Assembly (NCBI GenBank): GCA_963801355.1
Contig: CAWDEM010000008.1
Span: forward strand, 1,504,001 to 1,568,000
Length of the DNA: 64,000 nucleotides
Direction: 5' to 3'
Source of the DNA: Ignavibacteriota bacterium
GTDB lineage: Bacteria > Bacteroidota > Ignavibacteria > UBA10030 > UBA6906
Shown: piece after piece, positions 20,441 to 31,444 of the stretch
Position numbering within the stretch: position 1 is the stretch's first letter
Layout: each line of letters starts with the position of its first letter
Translations under genes and position numbers: made by a program
Notes under the pieces: model-generated
What the model saw: only the letters and a program-made list of their open reading frames with translations
What the model was told of the DNA's origin: nothing
The model's database searches: none

Positions 20441-21907
20441 CTATTCGAACATGCCGGATTCGTTGCAGACGATTTCGATCAACATGACCAGCGCCCGAAC
20501 GATCATCCGGGCACGCTCGGGAATCAGCTGACCATGCTCATCCGTCGTACCCAACCCGGGCGAGATGAAGATGTTCGCGTCGTATGCGATGGTCGGAATG
20601 ATCCCCATCTGGCTCATGCCATCCTGGAAGATGTTTGTCCCGGAATACATGTCTTCGATGGAGAAGATGGGAATGCCGAGCTTGCCGTCTTTCCAGCTGT
20701 CTTCATAGTTCACCTCGACCGCACCGGAGTTGTAGCTCTTGGCGATCTTAAAGAACGGACGGATGCGTGAGTCGATTTTCGCGAATTCTGCGACTACGAT
20801 GTCGTGCAGTTCATCAATGGGCTTCGTCATGACTTCCGGCTTGTCACGGAGCACTTTGAGGGCCGCCACCTGACCGGAGAGGGCCTCCTTGCCTGGATCC
20901 ATGGTAACGTACGCAGCTTTACCGTACGACGTCGTCGTGCCAAACCGGGCGCCGTGGTAGCCGAGAGCACGGCGGATCGGCACCATAACTTCTTCCCTGC
21001 CGATGATCAATGCACTGGTCGGTGAGCCGCTGGCCTTGTCCATGCTGAAGATCATGATATCTGCGCCGATCTTCTTGATGCTGTTGCCGATGATCGGAAT
21101 GCCCCACGCGTTGTCGATGATGTACGGAACATCATAGGACCGGGCGATTTCGGCGATCCCCTTCTGCAGCAGCGGCGTGCCATCGGCGTCCTTCGTGCCG
21201 TAGCCGTACCCAGGAGTATCATAACCAAGCGAGGCAAATCCGCCCAGGAGCGTTTCATGCTGCTTTGCCGCGGTCCGGATTGCTGCAATCGAAGCCTTGG
21301 CATCGACGTTCTTCATCAACGGAACGGGATGGTATTTGATGCCCTGGACAGGATAGGAGGCACCCGGAAGGGGCACAAACACCGTATCGAGATTGTGCGC
21401 GCGCTTACCGTAGAATCCCAACTCGCCGGCCGTACTGCCGCGATCAGCGAGAATATCCTTGTATTTGGGGGGGTACGGACGCCCATAGCCGCCCTGATGA
21501 TGGATGTGACGCTCCCAGGGAGCGATGTACCGTGTGCGGTAGTTGTCGCCACGCCCCTGGAACGGGGGAGACACGAGGCAGTCAAAACTCACCCAGAGGC
21601 CGCCTTCACAGGTATTAACCGGCGCGGCATCATAGTCGTCGCCATAAGCGCCCTTGACGATCTCGCGGATCTGATCGACATATACGGTGAGCGAAACGAC
21701 CTTGCGCCCTTCGACCGCCATCGCTTTTTCGATATCTTCACGCAACGGAGAGGGACATCCGGAGATGGCGCCGGTGAGTCCGATTGCGCCTTTCAATTCT
21801 GCCGGCATCTTGAGCGTCTCCGCAGCCTTCTTTGCCTCCGCATAAATCTTCGGCAGGTTTGCCTGAAGCCGCTTGTACATCTGGAATTTGAACGACGGTC
21901 GTGCCAT
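20441..21907 (-). CDS. PLP-dependent fold-type I enzyme (SelA/DgaE-like)
   Basis: YIIDNAWG (Asp contacting PLP) and IFSMDKASGSPTSALIIGR (Schiff-base Lys; compare SelA FSGDKLLGGPQAG). Confidence 0.8.
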   Translation of the reverse strand: MARPSFKFQMYKRLQANLPKIYAEAKKAAETLKMPAELKGAIGLTGAISGCPSPLREDIEKAMAVEGRKVVSLTVYVDQIREIVKGAYGDDYDAAPVNTCEGGLWVSFDCLVSPPFQGRGDNYRTRYIAPWERHIHHQGGYGRPYPPKYKDILADRGSTAGELGFYGKRAHNLDTVFVPLPGASYPVQGIKYHPVPLMKNVDAKASIAAIRTAAKQHETLLGGFASLGYDTPGYGYGTKDADGTPLLQKGIAEIARSYDVPYIIDNAWGIPIIGNSIKKIGADIMIFSMDKASGSPTSALIIGREEVMVPIRRALGYHGARFGTTTSYGKAAYVTMDPGKEALSGQVAALKVLRDKPEVMTKPIDELHDIVVAEFAKIDSRIRPFFKIAKSYNSGAVEVNYEDSWKDGKLGIPIFSIEDMYSGTNIFQDGMSQMGIIPTIAYDANIFISPGLGTTDEHGQLIPERARMIVRALVMLIEIVCNESGMFE

Positions 21908-21931
21908 TGAATGCATCCTTTCTGAAGTATG

Positions 21932-22369
21932 TTACGATTGAAAGCCGCGAATGAGGACGGACGTCCCCGGCCGGAGGCCGAGGCCTTCCCCGGTGACCCG
22001 TCCTGCTGTCTTGAGAATTATGTTCTGATGATTCGGTATGTGCGTGTCGTCATATCCGGCGATCGTCCCGATCGGCTTGCCATCCACTTCCACTTCATCG
22101 CCGACGAGCAGAATACCGCCAGTGGTCAGTTCGACGAATGCCACGTAGCCGATTCGGTCCACGGTCGCGCCCGGCACGGCGTTGGACTCGTCGGTGCTGA
22201 TGAATTCGACGATGGTGCCGGCCGGAAATGCCCGTGAGATGGGGGCTATCAGATGGAGCGCACGCGATTCCAGCATCCCGCGTAACACCGTCACCACCCT
22301 GCCACTCACGTCCGCCTTGGCGGCAAAGAATGTGCGATTGGTCATCTTCTGCTCATAGGGGTCGCCCAT
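21932..22369 (-). CDS. DUF6917-like small beta protein
   Basis: PGATVDRIGYVAFVE...GDEV...IGTIAGYDDTHIPNHQNI pattern. Confidence 0.7.
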   Translation of the reverse strand: MGDPYEQKMTNRTFFAAKADVSGRVVTVLRGMLESRALHLIAPISRAFPAGTIVEFISTDESNAVPGATVDRIGYVAFVELTTGGILLVGDEVEVDGKPIGTIAGYDDTHIPNHQNIILKTAGRVTGEGLGLRPGTSVLIRGFQS

Positions 22370-22376
22370 GGTCGCC

Positions 22377-23306
22377 TCACACAAGTTTTGTGACAAACGA
22401 ATCCACATCGCCATGCAGGAAATCCACGACGGGCAGCTCGATCATGGTATAGCAGCCGGGCTTCTGTCTCATCGCGGCACGGGCCGCGGAGACCATCACC
22501 TGCGCGGTCAGTGCGGGATTGTTGACCTTGAGCTGAAAGCGCATGGACTGGTTATGGGTGATGCCGGAGACACCGTTCCGCTCCAGCAGCACGCCGTGGC
22601 CCGTGTCCATCAACGAGGCGACGTCATCCACCTCGTAGACGTACGTCCGGTCTTTCACGAAGTACGGATCTGTCTTGATGGCGTGTTCGACTTCTTCGAA
22701 CTTTGCGCCGGATTCCAGCTGGACATAGACCATCCGGCGGTGAACACCCATTCCTGCCGGCACGGTGAGGGAGATGGCATCGTGCACTCCCTTGATGGCC
22801 CGCACGGCAACCGAGTGCCCCATGGAAAGTCCGGGTCCGTAATTCGTGTATGTGATCCCCCGCGGCGCCATGACCTGGAACCACGCCCGCATGACCGAGT
22901 CAACCCCGGGATCCCAGCCGGCGGAAAGAATCGACACCGTGTTGTGTTCACGGGCAACCTTGTCGAGTTGCTTGCGCAGTGTGGGGATATCATGATGGAT
23001 GTCAAAGCTGTCGACGGTGCGAACGCCTCGCTTCAGAATGGGTTCCACTGCCTTGACCACCGCTCGTGATGGACAGCTGACGATTGCCACGTCGATGGCG
23101 CCGAGGTCTTCGATCTCGGATGCGATCTTGACGTTCTGCATGCCGATCGGGTCACGCTCGGTCAAACGGTCCTGCTTCGTGATGAACGCCGGCACTTCGA
23201 CGACGCCGACCAGCTTCATATCCGGCTCGACGAGGATGGATTCGACTGCACAACGTCCGACATTGCCGTATCCGACGACAGCGACTTTGATGCGGGGTGT
23301 GGCCAT
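22377..23306 (-). CDS. ddh: meso-diaminopimelate D-dehydrogenase family protein
   Basis: GYGNVG, TVDSFDIH, AGWDPG.DS, GPGLSMGHS, HGVLLER and NPALTAQ motifs. Confidence 0.88.
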   Translation of the reverse strand: MATPRIKVAVVGYGNVGRCAVESILVEPDMKLVGVVEVPAFITKQDRLTERDPIGMQNVKIASEIEDLGAIDVAIVSCPSRAVVKAVEPILKRGVRTVDSFDIHHDIPTLRKQLDKVAREHNTVSILSAGWDPGVDSVMRAWFQVMAPRGITYTNYGPGLSMGHSVAVRAIKGVHDAISLTVPAGMGVHRRMVYVQLESGAKFEEVEHAIKTDPYFVKDRTYVYEVDDVASLMDTGHGVLLERNGVSGITHNQSMRFQLKVNNPALTAQVMVSAARAAMRQKPGCYTMIELPVVDFLHGDVDSFVTKLV

Positions 23307-23344
23307 GACTGCTCCTGAGATAGTTCTGTTCCCTGAAGGACAGA

Positions 23345-24061
23345 TTACGTCTGTGAAGCTTTTTGTTGTTCGATGAACGCACACAGCGCAGCGCGGGCGG
23401 CATCGCCGTGCTCACGCACAAGCCGCTCCGCCGCATCGCCATCTCTTCGTGCGAGGGCCTCCAGAATGCCGGCATGCTCGCTGAGAGAGGCGGAGAGATG
23501 GGAGAGCACAGACAGATAGATGTAGTTGTAGCGCAGGGCCTGACTGCGCAAGACACGAATGTATTGAATGAGTTTTTCGTTGCGTGAAGCGTTGCTGACC
23601 GCTGCATGGAACTCTGCGTTCAGCTGGAGGATGCGGCGGTGATCGCGGGACCGGGCAGCGGCAAGACGCGTCATGCGCTCATGAATTTCCCGCAAAGCAT
23701 CCAGTTCGGCTTCGGTGATCTTTTCACTTGCCAGACGGGCCGCGAGCGACTCCAGCACGCCCTTGACCTGGTAGGTTTCCACGGCATCGTCCCGGGAGAG
23801 CTCACTCACCACGGCTCCGCGACGCGGGGTGACGTTTACAAACCCTTCGGAGTCAAGCTGCAAGAGCGCTTCACGGAGCGGAGTCCGGCTCACACCCAGC
23901 CGCGCGGCCAAATCGGGCTCGGCGAGTCTCTCTCCCGGACGGATCTTGCCGTCGATAATAGACGCCCGCACCATCTCCGCAATACGATCGCGCAGGGGCT
24001 TCACTTCCTCCAGATGCACATCCGCGAGGCTAACATCCTCCGTGCGCGCGGCGCGTGCCAT
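23345..24061 (-). CDS. GntR-family regulator (FadR/VanR type, FCD domain)
   Basis: PGERLAEPDLAARLGVSRTPLREAL HTH, plus NAEFH and EHAGILEAL FCD motifs. Confidence 0.95.
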   Translation of the reverse strand: MARAARTEDVSLADVHLEEVKPLRDRIAEMVRASIIDGKIRPGERLAEPDLAARLGVSRTPLREALLQLDSEGFVNVTPRRGAVVSELSRDDAVETYQVKGVLESLAARLASEKITEAELDALREIHERMTRLAAARSRDHRRILQLNAEFHAAVSNASRNEKLIQYIRVLRSQALRYNYIYLSVLSHLSASLSEHAGILEALARRDGDAAERLVREHGDAARAALCAFIEQQKASQT

Positions 24062-24075
24062 ACTCTGTTTCCTTT

Positions 24076-24095
24076 GTATATTGTATACAATATAC
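24076..24095. promoter_or_regulatory. GntR operator (perfect 20-bp palindrome)
   Basis: GTATATTGTATACAATATAC directly upstream of the gntR ribosome-binding site. The TTGTATACAA core fits GntR/FadR-type operators. Confidence 0.8.
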
Positions 24096-24189
24096 TGTAT
24101 CTAAATATCGGGAGGCGTTTCCAAAAAAGCAAGCCCCGCGGAACTTTTTTCAGTTGGAAATCATTCTGAATATTGCTACCCTGTTAGCA

Positions 24190-24344
24190 GATTCATCCAG
24201 AGTGGTGGAGGGACAGACCCTGCGAAGCCACAGCAACCGGTTCCGACAGCCCCCAAAGGTGTGATGCAGATGGGCGGCGGAATGCAGGTGCTAACTTCTG
24301 TTCCCGCCCCGGCCCGTGAATGGGCGGCGGGATGAAGATGAATC
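24190..24344 (+). ncRNA. SAM-I riboswitch
   Basis: P1 GATTCATC/GATGAATC; conserved ATCCAGAG, GAGGGAC, GAAGCC, GCAACC, GGTGCTAA and AAGATG elements. Upstream of metY. Confidence 0.93.
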
Positions 24345-24368
24345 CGTAATGAGCCAATAGAACGCGGC

Positions 24369-26891
<2,523 letters not shown>

Positions 26892-26895
<4 letters not shown>

Positions 26896-28280
26896 AACGC
26901 ATTGTCATGAAATTCGGCGGGACGTCCGTGGAAGATGCCCCCGCAATGGAGCGCGTCGCGGCGATAACGACGGCACAACAGTGCCCGGAACGCATCGTCG
27001 TTCTCTCCGCTGCGGCCGGCGTAACCAATCAGCTTCTCCGCACCGGTGAGCTGGCCGCACAGGGACAGGAGGCGTCGGCCCTCGAAGTGCTCAGCATCAT
27101 ACGCACACGCCACCTGGCGATTGCCCGGCAGCTGCTTCCACCCTCTCTCTCCGAGCCGGTATCCACTACAATCGATTCCTGGTGCGATGAACTGGGTGAC
27201 CTTGTGCACGGCATCTCAGTGCTCGGCGAGGCGACACCACGGTCGTTTGATCTTCTGGCATCGTTCGGCGAACGGTTCTCCACGCTGATTTTCCATGCGC
27301 ATCTGCAAGCACTGGGTCTCGCGGCGGAGCTTGTGGACGCCCGATCGTTTATGATCACCGATCACCAGTTCACGCGTGCGCTTCCCGACCTGCACGTCAT
27401 CCCGCGGAAGCTCGAGGAGCACGTCATGCCCGTTCTCCGCCGCGGAGCCATTGTGGTGACCCAGGGATTCATCGGGGCAACGGCCAACCATATCACCACC
27501 ACCATAGGGCGCGGTGGATCGGACCATTCGGCCGCGCTCATTGGATCGCTCCTGGATGCTGATGAGATTCAGATCTGGACTGATGTCGACGGCATTCTGA
27601 CTGCAGACCCATCGATCGTGCCCGATGCGCACCGCATCAAGGTCATGTCGTTCATGGAGGCATCCGAGCTCGCCTATTTCGGTGCCCGTGTCCTGCACCC
27701 GGACGCCATCCTGCCGGCAATCAGCAAACATATCCCCGTCCGCGTGCTGAACTCGCGCCGCCCCGCATCGCACGGCACGACTATTATCGCGCAGCCTGGC
27801 GCATCGGGGCACTGCATTGTGAAATCCATCGCGTACAAGGAACACATTACACTGATCAGCATCGTCTCCACGCGGATGTTCCTGGCGCATGGATTTCTCG
27901 AGAATATTTTCGATGTGTTCCACAAGTACCGCACGGTGGTGCACACGGTGGCCACGTCGGACATCAGCGTCTCGGCCACCATCAACGACACGACCCATCT
28001 CTCGGAGATCGTCGGAGAGTTGGGGCAGTTTGCGACGGTCAGAGCATCCGCAGCCAAGGCCATCGTCTGCGTTGTCGGAGACAATCTGCGGAACAGTCCG
28101 GGTGTTGCCGCGCGGGTGCTCAATGCCATCAGTGCGGTAAATATTAACATGATCTCGGCGGGCGCATCGGAGATCAACGTCAGCTTCGTGGTGGACGATG
28201 CACACCTGGAGGACGTCGTCCGCCTCCTTCACGATGAGTTTTTCAACTCACAGGACATTAACAGGGACATATTCGACTGA
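26892..28280 (+). CDS. lysC: Aspartate kinase with two ACT domains
   Basis: VMKFGGTSV, GRGGSD, WTDVDG, ELAYFGARVLHP. Confidence 0.95.
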
Positions 28281-29284
28281 TGAGCAACCGCACGTACAGG
28301 GTGATTGTCGCAGGCGCCACGGGCCTGGTGGGACGCAAGATGATCCAGGTGCTCGAAGAGCGCCGGTTCCCGGTCAGCGCGCTGATTCCTCTCGCTTCTG
28401 CCCGCTCTGTGGGGCGGTTGCTGCGGTTCCACGGGGCGGATCTGCCGGTGCAGGAGCTCTCCGAAGCTTCTCTTGCCGAGGCAAAGGCAGACATCGCGCT
28501 GTTTTCCGCGGGAGCGTCCGTCAGCAGGCAGTTTGCCCCGATTGCCGCACGTCTGGGCATCGTGGTCATTGACAACAGCAGCGCATTCCGGATGGAGCCC
28601 GGCGTGCCGCTCGTCGTCCCCGAAGTGAACCCGCAATCGGCCTTCATGCACAGGGGCATTATCGCCAACCCCAACTGCTCGACGATCCAGATGGTGGTAG
28701 CACTGAAGCCGCTACACGACGCATTTACCATCAAACGGATTGTCGTGGCCACCTACCAATCGGTCACGGGTGCGGGTTGGCGCGGGCAGCACCAATTGGA
28801 GCTGGAACTGGAAGGCAAGACGGATCCGGATCCGAAGTTCCCCCACCGCATCGCCATGAACGCCCTCCCCCATATCGACACATTCGGCGATGACGGCTAC
28901 ACAAGAGAAGAAGTGAAGATGGTGAACGAGACAAGAAAAATCATGGGGGATGATTCACTGCGGGTTACCGCGACCTGTGTGCGCGTCCCGGTGCTGGGCG
29001 GACACAGCGAAGCAATCAACGTGGAGTTCGAGATGCCTTGTGATATTGCACGGGTACGGGAACTCCTGGCGAAAGCCCCGGGAGTGATTCTCGTGGATGA
29101 TCCGCAGCGTGCGCGCTATCCCCTGCCGCTCGATGCGCACGACCGCGATGAGGTGTTTGTGGGCCGGATCCGCATCGACACAACGGTTCCCTCAGGCATC
29201 AACATGTGGGTCGTATCCGACAATCTCCGGAAGGGCGCGGCAACAAATGCGGTACAGATCGCGGAGTTGTTGAAAGAACCCTAG
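28280..29284 (+). CDS. asd: Aspartate-semialdehyde dehydrogenase
   Basis: GATGLVG, DNSSAFRM, NPNCST, CVRVPV..GHSE, DNLRKGAA. Confidence 0.97.
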   Translation: MSNRTYRVIVAGATGLVGRKMIQVLEERRFPVSALIPLASARSVGRLLRFHGADLPVQELSEASLAEAKADIALFSAGASVSRQFAPIAARLGIVVIDNSSAFRMEPGVPLVVPEVNPQSAFMHRGIIANPNCSTIQMVVALKPLHDAFTIKRIVVATYQSVTGAGWRGQHQLELELEGKTDPDPKFPHRIAMNALPHIDTFGDDGYTREEVKMVNETRKIMGDDSLRVTATCVRVPVLGGHSEAINVEFEMPCDIARVRELLAKAPGVILVDDPQRARYPLPLDAHDRDEVFVGRIRIDTTVPSGINMWVVSDNLRKGAATNAVQIAELLKEP

Positions 29285-30162
29285 AACACCATCGTCACCC
29301 CGACCATAAACGTACTATTGCTGATCGGTGCCTCCGAATCGAATGGCCAGTTGCCATCCTTCTTCCGCAGTTCATACACCCCGTAGGATAAGGCATTCTT
29401 CAATACGAAGTTCACCACAGGCACCGCCTCCGGGGTCGAACGGAGAATCCTTTCGACGAATTTATCGAGAGCCCATGTCCCTGCCCCTTCGACGATGACA
29501 CTCCCCAGCCACTGCCAGAGTTTATGACGGCGATAGATCACCGACCGTTCGTAGCCCGCGTCTACCGCGAGAAGCGGGAGTACGTGGAAACGGACCATCC
29601 CGCCGCTTCGCGTGCCGAAGCGCAGTCCGGATTCGTACATCCCCAGGAGCGAACTGTCGGCGCTGTTTGTAATCCCGCCCTTCAAGCTGAAACTCGTCCA
29701 CTGGACCCCCTGTGAGGTCAGAAGATTGATGGAGGGACCTTCAAGCGAACCCGCCAACGCGTATCCATACCCGTCTTCCCAGACACCCCCGAACCGCCAT
29801 GCAGCATACTTCACCTCTCCCGGTTCCGGCTCGCCACCGAGATCACTGGAGGCCACCCCGAGAAAGAGACAGTCGTTCCTGTGCTCGACGATCGCCTCGG
29901 ATTCGTATGATTCGCGATGGAGAAGTCCGCCGAGACGCACTTCCGCAGTCCGCGGACTGAACAACGACTGCGCGGCGCCGTCCAGACTGCTCTGCATCCA
30001 ACCGTACGACAGGCCCAGCGTCGGGTTGCGGTGTGACATGAACTGGATCCAACGGTCATGATCATGCTCACGCCATTTCACCGAATCCTCCTGAGCGGCG
30101 GCGACGCCGGTCCAGAAAGCAAGGCACAGAATCGCGCCTGTGATGACCACCTTCTTGTTCAT
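29281..30162 (-). CDS. Hypothetical exported protein, possibly an outer-membrane barrel
   Basis: Signal peptide ending AAA-Q, alternating beta-strand pattern, C-terminal VGVTMVF. Confidence 0.7.
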   Translation of the reverse strand: MNKKVVITGAILCLAFWTGVAAAQEDSVKWREHDHDRWIQFMSHRNPTLGLSYGWMQSSLDGAAQSLFSPRTAEVRLGGLLHRESYESEAIVEHRNDCLFLGVASSDLGGEPEPGEVKYAAWRFGGVWEDGYGYALAGSLEGPSINLLTSQGVQWTSFSLKGGITNSADSSLLGMYESGLRFGTRSGGMVRFHVLPLLAVDAGYERSVIYRRHKLWQWLGSVIVEGAGTWALDKFVERILRSTPEAVPVVNFVLKNALSYGVYELRKKDGNWPFDSEAPISNSTFMVGVTMVF

Positions 30163-30295
30163 TCTCATCCTCCGGTTGATCGCAAAGTCGGGTACACACC
30201 ATACTACGCAAACCGGGCCCCCGGGGTTACAGTCTCAAACCTTCCAGACCCCGTGGTTCACAGCCCCAACCCGTCCAGACCATGACGTGGCGGTT

Positions 30296-31444
30296 TCAAA
30301 CCGTCCAGACTCCGGGGATCACCGTGCCACAGTAACTGCACTTGCCATTCTTCATATGGTTCACGTGAATCGCGTACCCCCGTCGTTCGACGATCATCTT
30401 CTTGCAGCGATGACAGTAGGTATGCTCGGCATCGTGACCCGGAACGTTCCCGACATAGACGTACTTCATTCCGGCGCTCACAGCCGCCGCATGGGCGTCC
30501 TCAAGCCGTTTCACCGGCGTCGGGGCCAGCTGGTTGAGCTTGTACATCGGTACAAAGCGGCTGAAATGGAGCGGCACATCATCAAGTCCGTTCTTGCACA
30601 ACCAGTCGCACATCCGCCGGATCATATCCAGATCATCACTCCATCCCGGGATCACCAGGTTTGTGATCTCCAGCCAGACATGCATCTCATGAAACACCCG
30701 GAGTGTCCGGAGCACAGGGGCGAGTTTTCCGGCGTTCAGCCGCGAGTAGATGTTCTCGTCGAAGCTCTTCAGGTCGATATTCGCAGCATCGATCACCCGG
30801 CAGAGTTTTCGCAGCGGTTCCTCTTCTATGTAGCCGTTGGACTTCCAGACATTCCGAATCCCTTCCCGGCGGGCGATCTCCGCCGTGTCGTACGCATATT
30901 CGTAGAACGTGGTCGGCTCGGAGTACGTGTACGCGATCGATGCGCAACCGGTCCGGCGGCATTCATCCACCACCGCGCGCGGCATCAAATCCTGATTCTC
31001 GGTTTCCTTCGGACTCACCTGAGAGATTTGCCAGTTCTGACAATTCAGGCAGGCCAGATTGCATCCCGCAGCAGCGATGGAAAATGCCCGCGTCCCGGGA
31101 AGGAAGTGCAGCAGGGGTTTCTTCTCAATCGGGTCAACATGAACAGCGCAGGGGTTGCCATAGGCAATGGAGTACAGCTTTCCCCCGACGTTCACCCGGT
31201 TGCGGCAGAGTCCGGCTCCACCGACGGGGATGGTGCAATCGTTCGGGCATTTCAGGCAATGGATGGCATCTCCCGCTTGCTCCACGAAAAGCGCTTCCTT
31301 GCTCCATTTCCAGAGCTCGTCGCCGGCGGGAGCCCCGTTCAGCCACCCGGAGATCTCCGCATGCAGGTGTGCCGGCATCGGCCTCGTAAACACTGTATGC
31401 ATTGCACCAAATGCACAACACTGAAGGAATTCACGCTTTTTCAT
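30296..31444 (-). CDS. amrS: AmmeMemoRadiSam system radical SAM enzyme with Tat-like leader
   Basis: CNLACLNCQNWQISQ, DPIEKKPL.HF.PG, AYTYSEP, terminal Cys clusters. N-terminus MKKREFLQ. Confidence 0.92.
   Translation of the reverse strand: MKKREFLQCCAFGAMHTVFTRPMPAHLHAEISGWLNGAPAGDELWKWSKEALFVEQAGDAIHCLKCPNDCTIPVGGAGLCRNRVNVGGKLYSIAYGNPCAVHVDPIEKKPLLHFLPGTRAFSIAAAGCNLACLNCQNWQISQVSPKETENQDLMPRAVVDECRRTGCASIAYTYSEPTTFYEYAYDTAEIARREGIRNVWKSNGYIEEEPLRKLCRVIDAANIDLKSFDENIYSRLNAGKLAPVLRTLRVFHEMHVWLEITNLVIPGWSDDLDMIRRMCDWLCKNGLDDVPLHFSRFVPMYKLNQLAPTPVKRLEDAHAAAVSAGMKYVYVGNVPGHDAEHTYCHRCKKMIVERRGYAIHVNHMKNGKCSYCGTVIPGVWTV

Noticed and set aside
20441-21907. True selenocysteine synthase SelA
   Set aside because: Only the PLP-site motif resembles SelA; no selB/selD/tRNA-Sec nearby and the context is catabolic.
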